Positions 22,941 to 32,670 of a DNA stretch of 64,000 nt are shown piece after piece; the stretch's first letter is position 1; each line of letters starts with the position of its first letter. A program made the position numbers and the translations under genes. The notes beneath the pieces are model-generated. The model was not told the origin of the DNA. It did not search any database and saw only the letters and a program-made list of their open reading frames with translations. Source of the DNA: a virus. Location of the stretch: positions 1-64,000 of the IMG/VR virus record IMGVR_UViG_3300027927_000003; one strand, 5' to 3'.

Positions 22941-25343
22941 GTGGCTTACGACCACGCCCAGTCGTTCCGCATCACTCAGCGCAACGGTGACCAGACCACT
23001 GGTATCAGGGTTATCGAGAGCCTCAATGAACTGCCCGAGGTTGCCTATCTCGGGCAGTTCATCTACATGCGTGCTGAAGACCGGTTCCGTGTCTATGACG
23101 GCGATGGCTGGCAGGACATGCGTACTGGTCTCCAGACCTATGTCCAAGAGGACGAGCCCACTGAGGGCATGGTGGCTGGGGACAGTTGGCTGGACCCGCT
23201 CACCAAGGTCGTCAAGTACTACGACGGCACGGCCTGGGTTCTCCCTCTGATCGAGGGAGACCAGATTGACCCGAACTACGCCTCCACGATCAGGATCAGC
23301 GCCGACCAACTACAGTCGGGCAATCTGAGTGGCGTCATCGAGCTGATGCCTACTTCGTCTGGTCAGCCAGGCAAGTTCATAGCCAAGAACCCGACCACTG
23401 GCACTGAGGTTCAGTTCGGTGGCGATGGCTTCTTCGTCTATGGTCCGACTTCGGAGAACAGTAAGACCTACGTTCAGTTCCCTACCACCGGTCAGCCGAA
23501 CATCATCAGCGGCACGCTCCAAGCCGAGACGCTCACTGTCGATGGTCATCCCATCACCGAGCAGGCCGCTACCTTCCGTGGCAACTCTCAGTTCGAGCCT
23601 GAGGCCACGCTGACGCTGAACAATGCTGTCGTAGCGCCCGTGGCTGCGCCTACGGTGGAGGCAGTGTCGAACAAGGTGAGCACCGTGACGCTCGGCAGCA
23701 CCTTTACCCCTAGCGGTCTGCACGCCTCAGCCTGGGATGGCACACATCTCTACACCGTTCAGCGCGGCACTACCGGGCCTAACTTCGGTGATCAGCGGAT
23801 GGCGATGTACCGCTACGACCCGGTAGCGAACACCTACACCTTCGTGGCTGACCTGGCATATGGCTACTACTGGATAGAAGGCATCGCCTTCGTCGGTGGG
23901 ACGCTGTACTCGCTGTGGACTCTCTATGACAACTTGTTCTTGGTCGAGCACGGCGACGAGGCAGGCGGCTATGCGAACGTGAACGTCCTAGACCTGGGCT
24001 TCATGGACTACGCGAACTCAACCCCGACGCTCAGTACGGATGGCACGAATCTGTGGGTGGCTTACCTGGCTAACACCCCACAGCGCTACATCGTCTTCAA
24101 GCAGTACTCGCCCGCACTCGCTCTGCTTCAGACGATCACCACCAGTACGACGATCCCCTACACGAACTCGGTACAGGTGGTCCTGCACAGCCTGGTCGTT
24201 GGGTCATGGGATTGGGGAGACCAGACCTTCTACCTGACCTACGGCGCGTCCAGCGGCAAGGGCTTGATCACCTTCAACTCCACTGGGGTCAGGACAGCTT
24301 CTCGGGACTTCCAACTGATGGAGGCGATCAACCCGGCGTTCGTGTACTACCACGAGGTCGAGGAGAGGTTCTACCAGTTCAGCAGGACCAACGGATCGAA
24401 CTATCCGCACGCGCTGTTCCAGTACTCCAAGAACTTCATGGATAACTCAACCGCGCAGTGGAAGATTTCGAACACCTACTACCGACCAAGCGGACCTGAA
24501 GCCGAGACTGACATCTCGCCTGAGGCGAGCTTGCTGATGAAGAGCCGCTGGTGGTGGAAGGTCACAACCACCACGCCTCCTGCTGGCTTGCAGAGCCGGA
24601 TCTACCTAGACCCGAATAGCTCTGGCACCAGGCGCTTGCAGTACTCGATGGACGTCGGGATCACGTCGGTGACCTCAGATGTCTTCGACATGGGCGGTGC
24701 CGCACCCAGAACTGATATCCCCTTCGCGGGCGCTACTCCGTCCAAGATCATCTCCCAGGCCACGGACGCCGATTCAGGGGCCACGCTGCCTTCCATCGAG
24801 CTGCGTGGTGATGGCTACGCCCGAATCCGGGAGATCTACAGCTCTAAGCTGCTGCTGACCTCGACCCAGGACGTGACCGGAGACCCAGGCAACACGCCGC
24901 CGCTTCGTATCGGGAACATCAACGGCTCACACCTGCGGATGGATGGCAACGAGATCCAGTCGATGAAGAGCAACACGCTCAACGACTGGAACAGCCTCTA
25001 CCTCAACCTTGGCGGCGGAAGCGTTGAGGTTGGTGGTCAGCTCAACGTACGAAACAACGGGCTCAACCTTGGCTCCAACTCCAGGACCATCAAGCGGTTC
25101 GACTTCGGCACGAACGTCGTCTCGCTGAACGCCAGCGGCTATGGCTACGTGACCCACTCACTCGGGGTCGTTCCACAGGCGGTGTCGCTAGTCCCTGCCT
25201 CGAACTACGAATCAGGTAACTACTACCTGTGGGCCAACGGTGACACGACTGCATCACGGATCTACATGTACTGCCGCAAGGGAGATGGCACAGTGCAGAC
25301 TGGTGATCGTACGGTCACCTTCATTGCGGTCAGCGCCAGCTAA
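22941..25343 (+). CDS. large minor tail/receptor-binding protein (800 aa)
   Basis: GTG start directly after the previous stop. Long beta-rich protein with an aromatic-rich central region (possible propeller). Confidence 0.8.
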   Translation: MAYDHAQSFRITQRNGDQTTGIRVIESLNELPEVAYLGQFIYMRAEDRFRVYDGDGWQDMRTGLQTYVQEDEPTEGMVAGDSWLDPLTKVVKYYDGTAWVLPLIEGDQIDPNYASTIRISADQLQSGNLSGVIELMPTSSGQPGKFIAKNPTTGTEVQFGGDGFFVYGPTSENSKTYVQFPTTGQPNIISGTLQAETLTVDGHPITEQAATFRGNSQFEPEATLTLNNAVVAPVAAPTVEAVSNKVSTVTLGSTFTPSGLHASAWDGTHLYTVQRGTTGPNFGDQRMAMYRYDPVANTYTFVADLAYGYYWIEGIAFVGGTLYSLWTLYDNLFLVEHGDEAGGYANVNVLDLGFMDYANSTPTLSTDGTNLWVAYLANTPQRYIVFKQYSPALALLQTITTSTTIPYTNSVQVVLHSLVVGSWDWGDQTFYLTYGASSGKGLITFNSTGVRTASRDFQLMEAINPAFVYYHEVEERFYQFSRTNGSNYPHALFQYSKNFMDNSTAQWKISNTYYRPSGPEAETDISPEASLLMKSRWWWKVTTTTPPAGLQSRIYLDPNSSGTRRLQYSMDVGITSVTSDVFDMGGAAPRTDIPFAGATPSKIISQATDADSGATLPSIELRGDGYARIREIYSSKLLLTSTQDVTGDPGNTPPLRIGNINGSHLRMDGNEIQSMKSNTLNDWNSLYLNLGGGSVEVGGQLNVRNNGLNLGSNSRTIKRFDFGTNVVSLNASGYGYVTHSLGVVPQAVSLVPASNYESGNYYLWANGDTTASRIYMYCRKGDGTVQTGDRTVTFIAVSAS

Positions 25344-25351
25344 GGAGAGCC

Positions 25352-25606
25352 ATGGACGTTCAGGAGTACCGCTCACTCCTGTACAAGCAGCGCATCGGTG
25401 AGATGGCTGTCGAGTACGAAGAGAAGATCGCTGGTCTCCGGATCGAAAACCAACTGCTACGTCAGCAAGTCGAGGAGTTGACCAATGCCAACGCTGCCAA
25501 CGATCACGGTCACCCAGGAGATCTTGGACCGGCTGATCGCCACTTTCGGAACGACTCAGAACTACAAGCAGGAACTGAGGATCTGGCTCCGGGAGAGAGT
25601 GACTGA
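25352..25606 (+). CDS. small coiled-coil protein (84-aa ORF; likely functional N-terminal ~45 aa)
   Basis: AAGGAGAG SD. MDVQEYRSLLYKQRIGEMAVEYEEKIAGLRIENQLLRQQVEEL, after which the tail overlaps the next gene. Confidence 0.6.
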   Translation: MDVQEYRSLLYKQRIGEMAVEYEEKIAGLRIENQLLRQQVEELTNANAANDHGHPGDLGPADRHFRNDSELQAGTEDLAPGESD

Positions 25607-25703
25607 GTTCGAGACCCGGAAGACCATGGATCAGCACCAGCAAGAGCTGATAGCTAAGCGACAGCAGATCAAGACCGATCTCAGCGACACGGCTTTGCAG
25701 TGA
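25485..25703 (+). CDS. hypothetical protein (72 aa)
   Basis: GAGGAG SD 8 nt upstream of ATG. Helical sequence. 122-nt overlap with the previous ORF. Confidence 0.6.
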   Translation: MPTLPTITVTQEILDRLIATFGTTQNYKQELRIWLRERVTEFETRKTMDQHQQELIAKRQQIKTDLSDTALQ

Positions 25704-25742
25704 CGCGGGTGAGACGATAAGAGCAGAAAGTGAGGGCTGACC

Positions 25743-26066
25743 ATGCCTGACTACACCCCTATGCAGGGCTTCCCGTACCCGGTTCTTGGTGATGACCCTG
25801 ATGTCCCAGGGGACATGCAGGCGCTCGCTAGCAGCGTGGAGCGTCGGGTGATGGGCGTCTACGCAGACGCTGCTGACCGCGATGCCAAGATCACGTCGCC
25901 ACAGACCGGCCAGTTCGCCTACCTGGCTGGCTCCAACCAGGTCACGGTGTACACCGGTGCTGGCTGGATCGACTACCCCGAGGCCAACATTCAGCAGACT
26001 CACTACGGGACCTCCGCACCCGCGTCCAGCCTCGGCAACGACGGCGATGTCTACTTCCGGGTCTGA
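25743..26066 (+). CDS. minor tail protein (107 aa)
   Basis: An N-terminal MPDYTPMQGFPYPVLGDDPDVPGDMQALASSVE-type motif is common in actinophage minor tail proteins (from memory). Confidence 0.7.
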   Translation: MPDYTPMQGFPYPVLGDDPDVPGDMQALASSVERRVMGVYADAADRDAKITSPQTGQFAYLAGSNQVTVYTGAGWIDYPEANIQQTHYGTSAPASSLGNDGDVYFRV

Positions 26067-26069
26067 TCG

Positions 26070-27137
26070 ATGTCTATCTACTTCAAGGCCAACGGCAACT
26101 GGATCCCGGTCAAGCGCCCTTACCTGAAGGTGAACGGGGTCTGGAAGCCTGCGCTGGAGGCCCTCATCAAGGACGCTGGAGCCTGGGAGCAGAGTTATGA
26201 GTACGACGTAACACCTTCGGCCATCCCTGAACTGAGCTTGCAAATCATCGACAGCCGCTACATCAAGGTCGGTGCTCGTCTGCCTGGTGCTGGACATGAC
26301 TCTGATCTGAAGCGGATCAGGGTGCTCTACCTGCCTGACAAGTCTCCGACCACCCCGTTCGGGGACGGCTACCGCACCGCCAAGGACTCCAAGTGGGACA
26401 AGGAGAACTGGTCGGACTGGTACTTCAACGGGATGAACACCGAGTCGCGCTCGGACTCCTCGGTGTACACCTTCAAGACCTGGCCTGCTGATCCAGGGGA
26501 CAAGACCAACCTGCCTGGTGGCCAGTACTACTACTTCGCGGCCTGGTCTGAAGACATGGAGGGCAACTGGTCAGCCGGGGTCTTCCACAAGATCTGGATG
26601 CCCAAGGGCGATGTCACCCAACGACGAGTGCTTAAGGAGATGCGGGTCAGGCCCAACGAGATGGGCACGATGATCGGTCCTGGCGCTGACTCCTGGCGAG
26701 CAGGACGAGCTGAGGCGCAGGCTAACCCCCGGCGCAACGGGATGCTGTTCTACGGCAACCAGATCACTGATTCCATCGGCTTCCACTCCAAGAACGTGAC
26801 GATCCGGAGCGCGAAGATCCGGCTCGCCCGCGACACCTATGGCTCTAACGCCACGGCCAAGCCTCGGCTGTTCTGGCACCGAGAGCACCTGTCTAGCTTT
26901 GTTTATGGTGACTGGGGATCAGCGAACCACGAAGAGGTCACCGTGATCGGTGAACTGAACAAGGGCGAGGCCAAATGGTTCGATCTCCCCTCAACCTGGC
27001 ACAACAACCTGCAAGCTGGTGTGAAGGGGATCGGGATCCAGTACGGCACACTCGCTCAGAACTACGTCTCGATCAAGGGTCCTGCGGACGATCCCCGTGC
27101 GGGTGAACTGCACATAGTTTGGGAAGAAGATCTGTAG
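26070..27137 (+). CDS. minor tail protein (355 aa)
   Basis: Starts MSIYFKANGNWIPVKRPYLKVNGVWKP, a repeated NG.W.P.K pattern seen in fibre proteins. Beta-rich. Confidence 0.75.
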   Translation: MSIYFKANGNWIPVKRPYLKVNGVWKPALEALIKDAGAWEQSYEYDVTPSAIPELSLQIIDSRYIKVGARLPGAGHDSDLKRIRVLYLPDKSPTTPFGDGYRTAKDSKWDKENWSDWYFNGMNTESRSDSSVYTFKTWPADPGDKTNLPGGQYYYFAAWSEDMEGNWSAGVFHKIWMPKGDVTQRRVLKEMRVRPNEMGTMIGPGADSWRAGRAEAQANPRRNGMLFYGNQITDSIGFHSKNVTIRSAKIRLARDTYGSNATAKPRLFWHREHLSSFVYGDWGSANHEEVTVIGELNKGEAKWFDLPSTWHNNLQAGVKGIGIQYGTLAQNYVSIKGPADDPRAGELHIVWEEDL

Positions 27138-27145
27138 GAGGAGTC

Positions 27146-27340
27146 GTGATCGGTGTCCGCACACGTACGGTCATCATCGGTGTGGTCACCGGCGTTTGGG
27201 CTACCAACTTCTTCGCGGGGTTGGTAGTCAATGACTACAAGCCTGACCAGGCGATCAACGGGATCTTCATGGCCATCGTCGGTGGCCTGTTCGCTCTCGG
27301 GGCTCGGTCCAAGAAGGACGGAGATGAGGACGGCGAGTAA
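27146..27340 (+). CDS. small membrane protein, 2 TM (64 aa)
   Basis: GTG at 27146 after AGGAGGAG. TM segments VIIGVVTGVWATNFFAGLVV and GIFMAIVGGLFALGA. Confidence 0.6.
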   Translation: MIGVRTRTVIIGVVTGVWATNFFAGLVVNDYKPDQAINGIFMAIVGGLFALGARSKKDGDEDGE

Positions 27341-27468
27341 TGGTCGAGTATCTGATGGAGAGCAGCGTCTGGTCAGTTGGAGGGCTGATCGTCGGCTACG
27401 TTCTCGGACGCACGGAGAGGGGCGTCTGGGAAATCAAGAGGAAGGTAGTTGATGATGACAACCCCTGA
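27340..27468 (+). CDS. micro-ORF, 42-aa membrane peptide
   Basis: TAATG overlap with the previous gene. MVEYLMESSVWSVGGLIVGYVLGRTERGVWEIKRKVVDDDNP. Confidence 0.35.
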   Translation: MVEYLMESSVWSVGGLIVGYVLGRTERGVWEIKRKVVDDDNP

Positions 27469-27877
27469 GCGCCTGCGCAGGCGGCAGCGGATTGAGGGCG
27501 GGATCTTGATCTTGCTCGGGATCTTCATCGCGGTACAGAGCCTGTACTTCTCGCTAGAGGACCGGGATCAGCGCAAGTGCTTCGAGGAGAACTTCTCCAA
27601 GCTTTCCTACGCGCTCGATGCTCGGTCCCAGCTGACCGAGCGAGAGACTAACCAGAACAAGAAGCTCTGGCTGATCTACGCCAAGGCTGCTGGGATCGTC
27701 AAGGACAGCGGTAAGCCAGCAGATGAAGCGCTAACTGAGAAACAGCGGAACGAGTTCAACAACCAGTTGGTCGAGCAACTGTTGACCTACCAAAGCGAGA
27801 TCCGCAAGATCGAGGAGGATCGCAGGAAGAACCCGCTTCCGCCGTACCCGGTGGGCGTGTGTGAGGACGAGCAGTGA
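27452..27877 (+). CDS. membrane-anchored protein (141 aa)
   Basis: AAGAGGAAGG SD. N-terminal TM segment GGILILLGIFIAVQSLYF, followed by a helical charged domain. Confidence 0.7.
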   Translation: MMTTPERLRRRQRIEGGILILLGIFIAVQSLYFSLEDRDQRKCFEENFSKLSYALDARSQLTERETNQNKKLWLIYAKAAGIVKDSGKPADEALTEKQRNEFNNQLVEQLLTYQSEIRKIEEDRRKNPLPPYPVGVCEDEQ

Positions 27878-28215
27878 TCACGGCAGGAACGGTCTCTTGG
27901 TTCCCACAGCAGTACGCCGAGTGGCTCTTCTTGTTCAAGGGCACGCTCGGCATGATCTCGGTGATCATGTTGATCTGGCACATGAACCAGGCTTGGTGCT
28001 GCATCAAGCGGCCTTCACAGCAGATGCGCTACCTGACTCTGCTGGCGTACGCGGTCTTGGTCGCTGGGGCTTCGGTCGAGCAGGTAAGTGAAGGCGAGCT
28101 GGTCAGCTACCGGCATCTAGGATCAGTAGTCGTGGTTCTGATGCTTATCGTCTCAATGGTGGTCTCCATGCTGGATGATCAGCACAACCATCCGACACGC
28201 AAGGAGTCATCGTGA
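27874..28215 (+). CDS. membrane protein, 3 TM (113 aa)
   Basis: GTGA-coupled start. Hydrophobic segments WLFLFKGTLGMISVIMLIW, LTLLAYAVLVAGA and VVVVLMLIVSMVVSML. Confidence 0.7.
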   Translation: MITAGTVSWFPQQYAEWLFLFKGTLGMISVIMLIWHMNQAWCCIKRPSQQMRYLTLLAYAVLVAGASVEQVSEGELVSYRHLGSVVVVLMLIVSMVVSMLDDQHNHPTRKESS

Positions 28216-28586
28216 TCCCAGTCAGTCGCAACCTGACGCTGTACCAGGGTGACACCTACTCGTTCACCTTCCGGCTCAGAGACCTCTCGCCCCAGGGAGA
28301 CCCTGGTAACTACGTGGATCTGACTGGTGTGACTGCCAAGGCTCAGATCCGGCAGAGCGAGACCACCAGTGCGGTGGCTGCGGAGTTCACCGCCACGATT
28401 CCCGACCAGACGGTGGCTGAGGACACCGGTCGGGTGGTCCTCTCCCTGACTCCAGCAGAGACCGCTGCGCTGAACCTGACCAACAACGCTGGGGTCTGGG
28501 ACGTACAGCTCACCTTCCCAGACGGCACGATCAAGACCTACCTGCGCGGGGCCATCCGAGTGATCAGGGAGGTCACTCGTGTCTAG
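28212..28586 (+). CDS. small beta-rich virion-associated protein, paralog of 21849..22235
   Basis: 124 aa, GTGA-coupled. See 21849..22235. Confidence 0.75.
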   Translation: MIPVSRNLTLYQGDTYSFTFRLRDLSPQGDPGNYVDLTGVTAKAQIRQSETTSAVAAEFTATIPDQTVAEDTGRVVLSLTPAETAALNLTNNAGVWDVQLTFPDGTIKTYLRGAIRVIREVTRV

Positions 28587-30267
28587 CCGTAACTACGCTA
28601 TTGAACTCACCACCGACGAGGGTGGGGTGATCCTGGAGAACACTCATCCCGTCGATGTGGTCGAGGTTTACATCGATGGTCCCTACGGTGGCGAGATCCT
28701 AGAGGTCTTGGAGGCAGGTCCTCAGGGTCCTGCTGGTGCCGATGGCCCTGCTGGACCACAGGGTGAGCAGGGCATCCCTGGTGAACAAGGGCCACAGGGC
28801 ATCCCTGGCGAGCAGGGCCTCCAGGGTGATCCAGGGCCTGGTCTGCCTACTGGTGGTGCGGTAGGTCAGATTCCGATCAAGGCCAGTACGTCGGACTTCG
28901 ACGTGGCGTGGGACGACATCCCGCCGAGCTTGTTCCGAGGAGAGTGGGTAGCCGCATCCTCACGGCTGGTCGATCAGCCGATGACTAGCAACACCGCGCC
29001 TGCGCCATACGTGGCGAGTACCTCTGGGTCAACGGGGTCCGCGTTCAGGCTGTTCGACCAGTCCTCACAACAATGGCAATGGTCGTATGGCGCGGACACC
29101 GCATCAGCGACCATCTCACTTGGATCAGCGAAGACTCTGACTCGCTACGAGATCCAGATTGGTTCCACCAACGAAGCCCCGGTGTCCTGGGTCGTGGCAG
29201 GGTCCTCGAATGGATCGACCTGGACTGATGTCGATTCCCGCAGCAATGTCTCATGGAACAGCAATAACGAGACACGCTCGTTTGCTGTCACCAGCCCAGT
29301 GGCTTACAGCTACTACCGACTCACAGCGACGTTCACTACGGGAACGATGTGGCGGACGGTGCTGGAATGGATTCTCTGGAACGAGAGCAACGAGCCGTAC
29401 ATGGGAGGCGAGTACGTCACTCACCAGGGTCGGCTGTGGAAGTCGAACTCGGACAACAACCCAAGCACCCCTGGCACGTCGGGCTGGACTGAGATTCCGC
29501 TTGTCAACACGGCTGCGAACACCACGTTTGCTCCGACCGGAGCCATCGCTGCGACCACCGTTCAGGCAGCCCTCGCTGAGCTTGACAGCGAGAAGTCGAG
29601 TACGACGCACAAGCACCCCTCGTCACTAACTCCCGGCCTGTTTCGTGGCGTATGGATAGCAGGAGCAACCCGGCTTGTGGATCAGCCGATGACGGGCAAC
29701 ACGTCGCCAGCGCCTTATGTCGCGAGCACTAGCGCTGCTTACTCTGGCGGCGGATATGCCCTGTTCCAGCACGCCGACTACTGGCAGTTTTCCTCAAATA
29801 ACGTACCGGCGTGGGCGTCAATCGACCTCGGCACCGCGAAGACCCTTGACCGCTATGCGCTCAACATTGGAGGGCAGGGGCTCGCTGCGTTCCAGGTTCA
29901 GGGCTCTAACGACGGCGCGACTTGGACTACGGTGGACTCTCGAACGGGTTCCTACGCCAGCAGTACGTACTCGTTCACGCTTGCTACTCCTGCCACCTAC
30001 CGTCGCTTCCGTCTCTACATCACTCAGGTAACCGGCTCTTGGCCGGTTATCAACGAGTGGGAGCTGTGGAACGACGTTGACAATCCCTACATGACCGGCG
30101 AGTACGTCGTTCATGATGGCTACTTGTGGAAGTCTGACACCGATACTAACGGCAATACACCTGGAGTCTCAGGCTGGACCTTGGTTCCGCTCCGCAGCCC
30201 TCACGGAACCGCGCTTCCTGTTGACCCACTGCCGTACAAGTACCAGCTCTTCGTCAAGCACGTCTAA
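28579..30267 (+). CDS. collagen-like fibre protein with two tandem carbohydrate-binding-type modules
   Basis: G-X-Y run [42 protein letters not shown], then two homologous ~200-aa repeats. Each ends with Y-M-(G/T)-GEYV-x-H-x-G-x-LWKS ... PG-x-SGWT, a CBM5/12-like aromatic motif. Confidence 0.85.
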   Translation: MSSRNYAIELTTDEGGVILENTHPVDVVEVYIDGPYGGEILEVLEAGPQGPAGADGPAGPQGEQGIPGEQGPQGIPGEQGLQGDPGPGLPTGGAVGQIPIKASTSDFDVAWDDIPPSLFRGEWVAASSRLVDQPMTSNTAPAPYVASTSGSTGSAFRLFDQSSQQWQWSYGADTASATISLGSAKTLTRYEIQIGSTNEAPVSWVVAGSSNGSTWTDVDSRSNVSWNSNNETRSFAVTSPVAYSYYRLTATFTTGTMWRTVLEWILWNESNEPYMGGEYVTHQGRLWKSNSDNNPSTPGTSGWTEIPLVNTAANTTFAPTGAIAATTVQAALAELDSEKSSTTHKHPSSLTPGLFRGVWIAGATRLVDQPMTGNTSPAPYVASTSAAYSGGGYALFQHADYWQFSSNNVPAWASIDLGTAKTLDRYALNIGGQGLAAFQVQGSNDGATWTTVDSRTGSYASSTYSFTLATPATYRRFRLYITQVTGSWPVINEWELWNDVDNPYMTGEYVVHDGYLWKSDTDTNGNTPGVSGWTLVPLRSPHGTALPVDPLPYKYQLFVKHV

Positions 30268-30273
30268 GGAGTC

Positions 30274-30429
30274 ATGATGCCGATCAACCGTCCTGATGGG
30301 CGTCACTGGTGCGCCCCTGATCAGGAGACGCCAGATGAGAACGGGCGGTGGACGTGCCCTGAGTGCAGTACGGCGTGGTCCTTTGATGAGTCGCAGCGGT
30401 TGTGGTCTCAGATAGAGGTGAGTAACTGA
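30274..30429 (+). CDS. small zinc-ribbon protein (51 aa)
   Basis: My own translation MMPINRPDGRHWCAPDQETPDENGRWTCPECSTAWSFDESQRLWSQIEVSN. AAGGAG SD; TGATG overlap with the next gene. Confidence 0.45.
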   Translation: MMPINRPDGRHWCAPDQETPDENGRWTCPECSTAWSFDESQRLWSQIEVSN

Positions 30430-31289
30430 TGGCAGGTAACTACCCAGATGTTCCCTCGTGGCGGTTTGCCTACGACCGTGATGGCACCCAGGTCTTTCAA
30501 CTGAACATCACCACCAGCTCTGTGGTGAAGCAGTTCACTTCTACTGAAGTCAGGGCGTTCAACGACGAGACGGGCTTGGTCGGAGACACCTTTCAGAACC
30601 TTCAGTATCTCGGTGTCTGCTTCATCTTCCCTGAGTTGCGTGATCTGGATGCCTACTTGTTCCAGGTCGCGATCACGCAGTACAGCCTCTCGAACGCAGT
30701 AGTCGCGGTCTCCAGCGATACCACTAACGGGATCGATGGGACTTGGACGTCTCTTGGAGCCTGGACGTCGAAGAGCTTCTCAGTGGAAGAGATTCGTACT
30801 GGAGTTACCTCTACGACGGCACTCGGGATCAAAGCCATCAGGTTCACCGGCACTGGCTCGTCAACCAGTGCTGACTGGGCTATCCACAACATCCATCTCT
30901 TCGGTGAGCCGATCCCAGGCGCGAACCCCAACCGACTAGATCTCTGGGATCCTTCTAGCGATCAGCGGGTCACTCCTGCGTTCTTCGACTTCGGTGAGTT
31001 TGCCCGTCAAGACACTGAGCAGAAGACGTTCCGGGTCAAGAACAGGTCCGCCACACAGACCGCTACGTCGATCCGAGTGGCGATGGAGGCACTGTCTGAC
31101 AAGACGCCTTCGGTGCCTGGGCAGTTCCAGTTGTCCTTGGATGGCAACACGTATCTGCCTCAGGTGAACATCGGTGATCTCGCTCCTGGTGCGACCTCGG
31201 CTCCGATCATCTTGCGTGGATCACTGACTGACACCGCCGTGCTCGGGTTGTCCTGGTTCCGCGTGTTCGCTGAGGGAACGTGGGCGTGA
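30429..31289 (+). CDS. minor tail/fibre-associated protein (286 aa)
   Basis: Beta-rich ORF inside the fibre block. No specific motif recognised. Confidence 0.75.
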   Translation: MAGNYPDVPSWRFAYDRDGTQVFQLNITTSSVVKQFTSTEVRAFNDETGLVGDTFQNLQYLGVCFIFPELRDLDAYLFQVAITQYSLSNAVVAVSSDTTNGIDGTWTSLGAWTSKSFSVEEIRTGVTSTTALGIKAIRFTGTGSSTSADWAIHNIHLFGEPIPGANPNRLDLWDPSSDQRVTPAFFDFGEFARQDTEQKTFRVKNRSATQTATSIRVAMEALSDKTPSVPGQFQLSLDGNTYLPQVNIGDLAPGATSAPIILRGSLTDTAVLGLSWFRVFAEGTWA

Positions 31290-31295
31290 TCTGAC

Positions 31296-31607
31296 ATGGC
31301 TGCTGCTGATGCTGCTGAGTACGTCTACCTGAACGTCGGGGTAGCCGAGACTCCTAACCCAGATGCGGTGGAGTACACCTATCTGAACGTCACCGAGCCA
31401 CCGTCCACGGTGCACTACTCGGACGGGCTTCAGTGGTTCTGGCTGCCTGACTCGAACGTGGTGAAGGGCTGGATCGCGGACGCCAAGGAGGAGTCCGTCT
31501 TCTACACCAACACCAAGACAGCATCGGTGATCTTGGTTTCCCCTGACGGGACCAAGTGGAGGCTCAGCGTGAACGACGACGGCTCACTGAACACGACGGC
31601 GGTGTAG
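31296..31607 (+). CDS. hypothetical protein (103 aa)
   Basis: ORF track entry. Internal repeat AEYVYLNV / VEYTYLNV. Confidence 0.65.
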   Translation: MAAADAAEYVYLNVGVAETPNPDAVEYTYLNVTEPPSTVHYSDGLQWFWLPDSNVVKGWIADAKEESVFYTNTKTASVILVSPDGTKWRLSVNDDGSLNTTAV

Positions 31608-31609
31608 CG

Positions 31610-32530
31610 ATGCCAAGACACATTACGACCCAGGATGAACTCGGGAGCCTGGCTGGGGTCGTCGGCACCCCAGAAGACGGCCAGGTGCTCACCTGGGATT
31701 CAGAGATCGGGGGCTGGACCCCCAAGCCAGGAGGAGTCGAAGTGGGCGCATGGGAACTAAACCAGACCTTCACGTGGATCTGCCCGTCGTTCTACGAGCA
31801 GAACATGACGGCGAGCCCGGTTGCGGTCGGTAACGTCAAGCCTGCTGCGCCTACGGTCTCCTTCACGGTCACCCAAGACATGCTGGTCACCTGCGACCGA
31901 TCCGATGTCGCCTGGGAGCAGGTGATGGTCGTGGACGCGACAGTGGACTGGAAGACTGGGACTGGCACGGTCGGATACTGCTACTTCGAGCTTCTCGTGA
32001 ACGGACAGGCGATAACAAATACCTCCGCAGGAGGCTTGGCAGTCACCGAGCGGACCAATGGTGCCTGGGGATATCGGAATCCTGCTGTCGGTGACGTAGT
32101 GGAGTTGCGGCTTTGGGGCAACACGGATTTCACCGGAGTCTGTGACTGGTGGGGCAGGCACGCCACGCCTACACGAATGTTTCAGCCGGGTCCCAGCGGC
32201 AGATACCTCGTCACTAACGTCCGAGAGGACGCCTACACCGCGACCCCAACCGTTGCCACGGTCTTTTCCTCCAAGGGAGCGGTCACGTACTCAGCGCAGC
32301 AGTCGGGGCACTACTACATCGGCACTGACTACTACACGGGCATGAACGTGGACAACAAAACATTCCTCGTGCCGTCGCCCGGATATGGCATTCATAGGTC
32401 GTACATCGGGGACTACGGTATGTATCGGGTGATCGACAGCACCGGAGTCCAGGTCGCGTGGAATCAAGTTCCGACTCGGGTCACAGTGGACCGTCTCCTG
32501 ATCCCAGCTCCGCAGCCGGTGCAGCCATAG
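31610..32530 (+). CDS. minor tail protein (306 aa)
   Basis: ATG at 31610 directly after the previous stop, within ORF track entry 31556..32530. N-terminal motif DGQVLTWDSEIGGWTPK is typical of fibre N-termini. Confidence 0.75.
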   Translation: MPRHITTQDELGSLAGVVGTPEDGQVLTWDSEIGGWTPKPGGVEVGAWELNQTFTWICPSFYEQNMTASPVAVGNVKPAAPTVSFTVTQDMLVTCDRSDVAWEQVMVVDATVDWKTGTGTVGYCYFELLVNGQAITNTSAGGLAVTERTNGAWGYRNPAVGDVVELRLWGNTDFTGVCDWWGRHATPTRMFQPGPSGRYLVTNVREDAYTATPTVATVFSSKGAVTYSAQQSGHYYIGTDYYTGMNVDNKTFLVPSPGYGIHRSYIGDYGMYRVIDSTGVQVAWNQVPTRVTVDRLLIPAPQPVQP

Positions 32531-32583
32531 AAGACTGGCGCATAGGCGCACACTGGAGGTAAGACCGCCCAACAGGAGGACGC

Positions 32584-32670
32584 ATGGATGTAGATGAGAA
32601 GGCTCTGGACGACCACAGCGCCGAGGACGTGCATGAGCACGTAGGCGAGGAAGTCGAGGATGACGAATGA
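32584..32670 (+). CDS. micro-ORF, acidic 28-aa peptide
   Basis: AGGAGGA SD. MDVDEKALDDHSAEDVHEHVGEEVEDDE. ATGA overlap with the endolysin start. Confidence 0.3.
   Translation: MDVDEKALDDHSAEDVHEHVGEEVEDDE

Noticed and set aside
28579-30267. The internal repeats of the fibre gene as a diversity-generating retroelement (TR/VR pair).
   Set aside because: The repeats are diverged throughout at the protein level rather than at adenine-specific positions, and no reverse transcriptase is present in the window.
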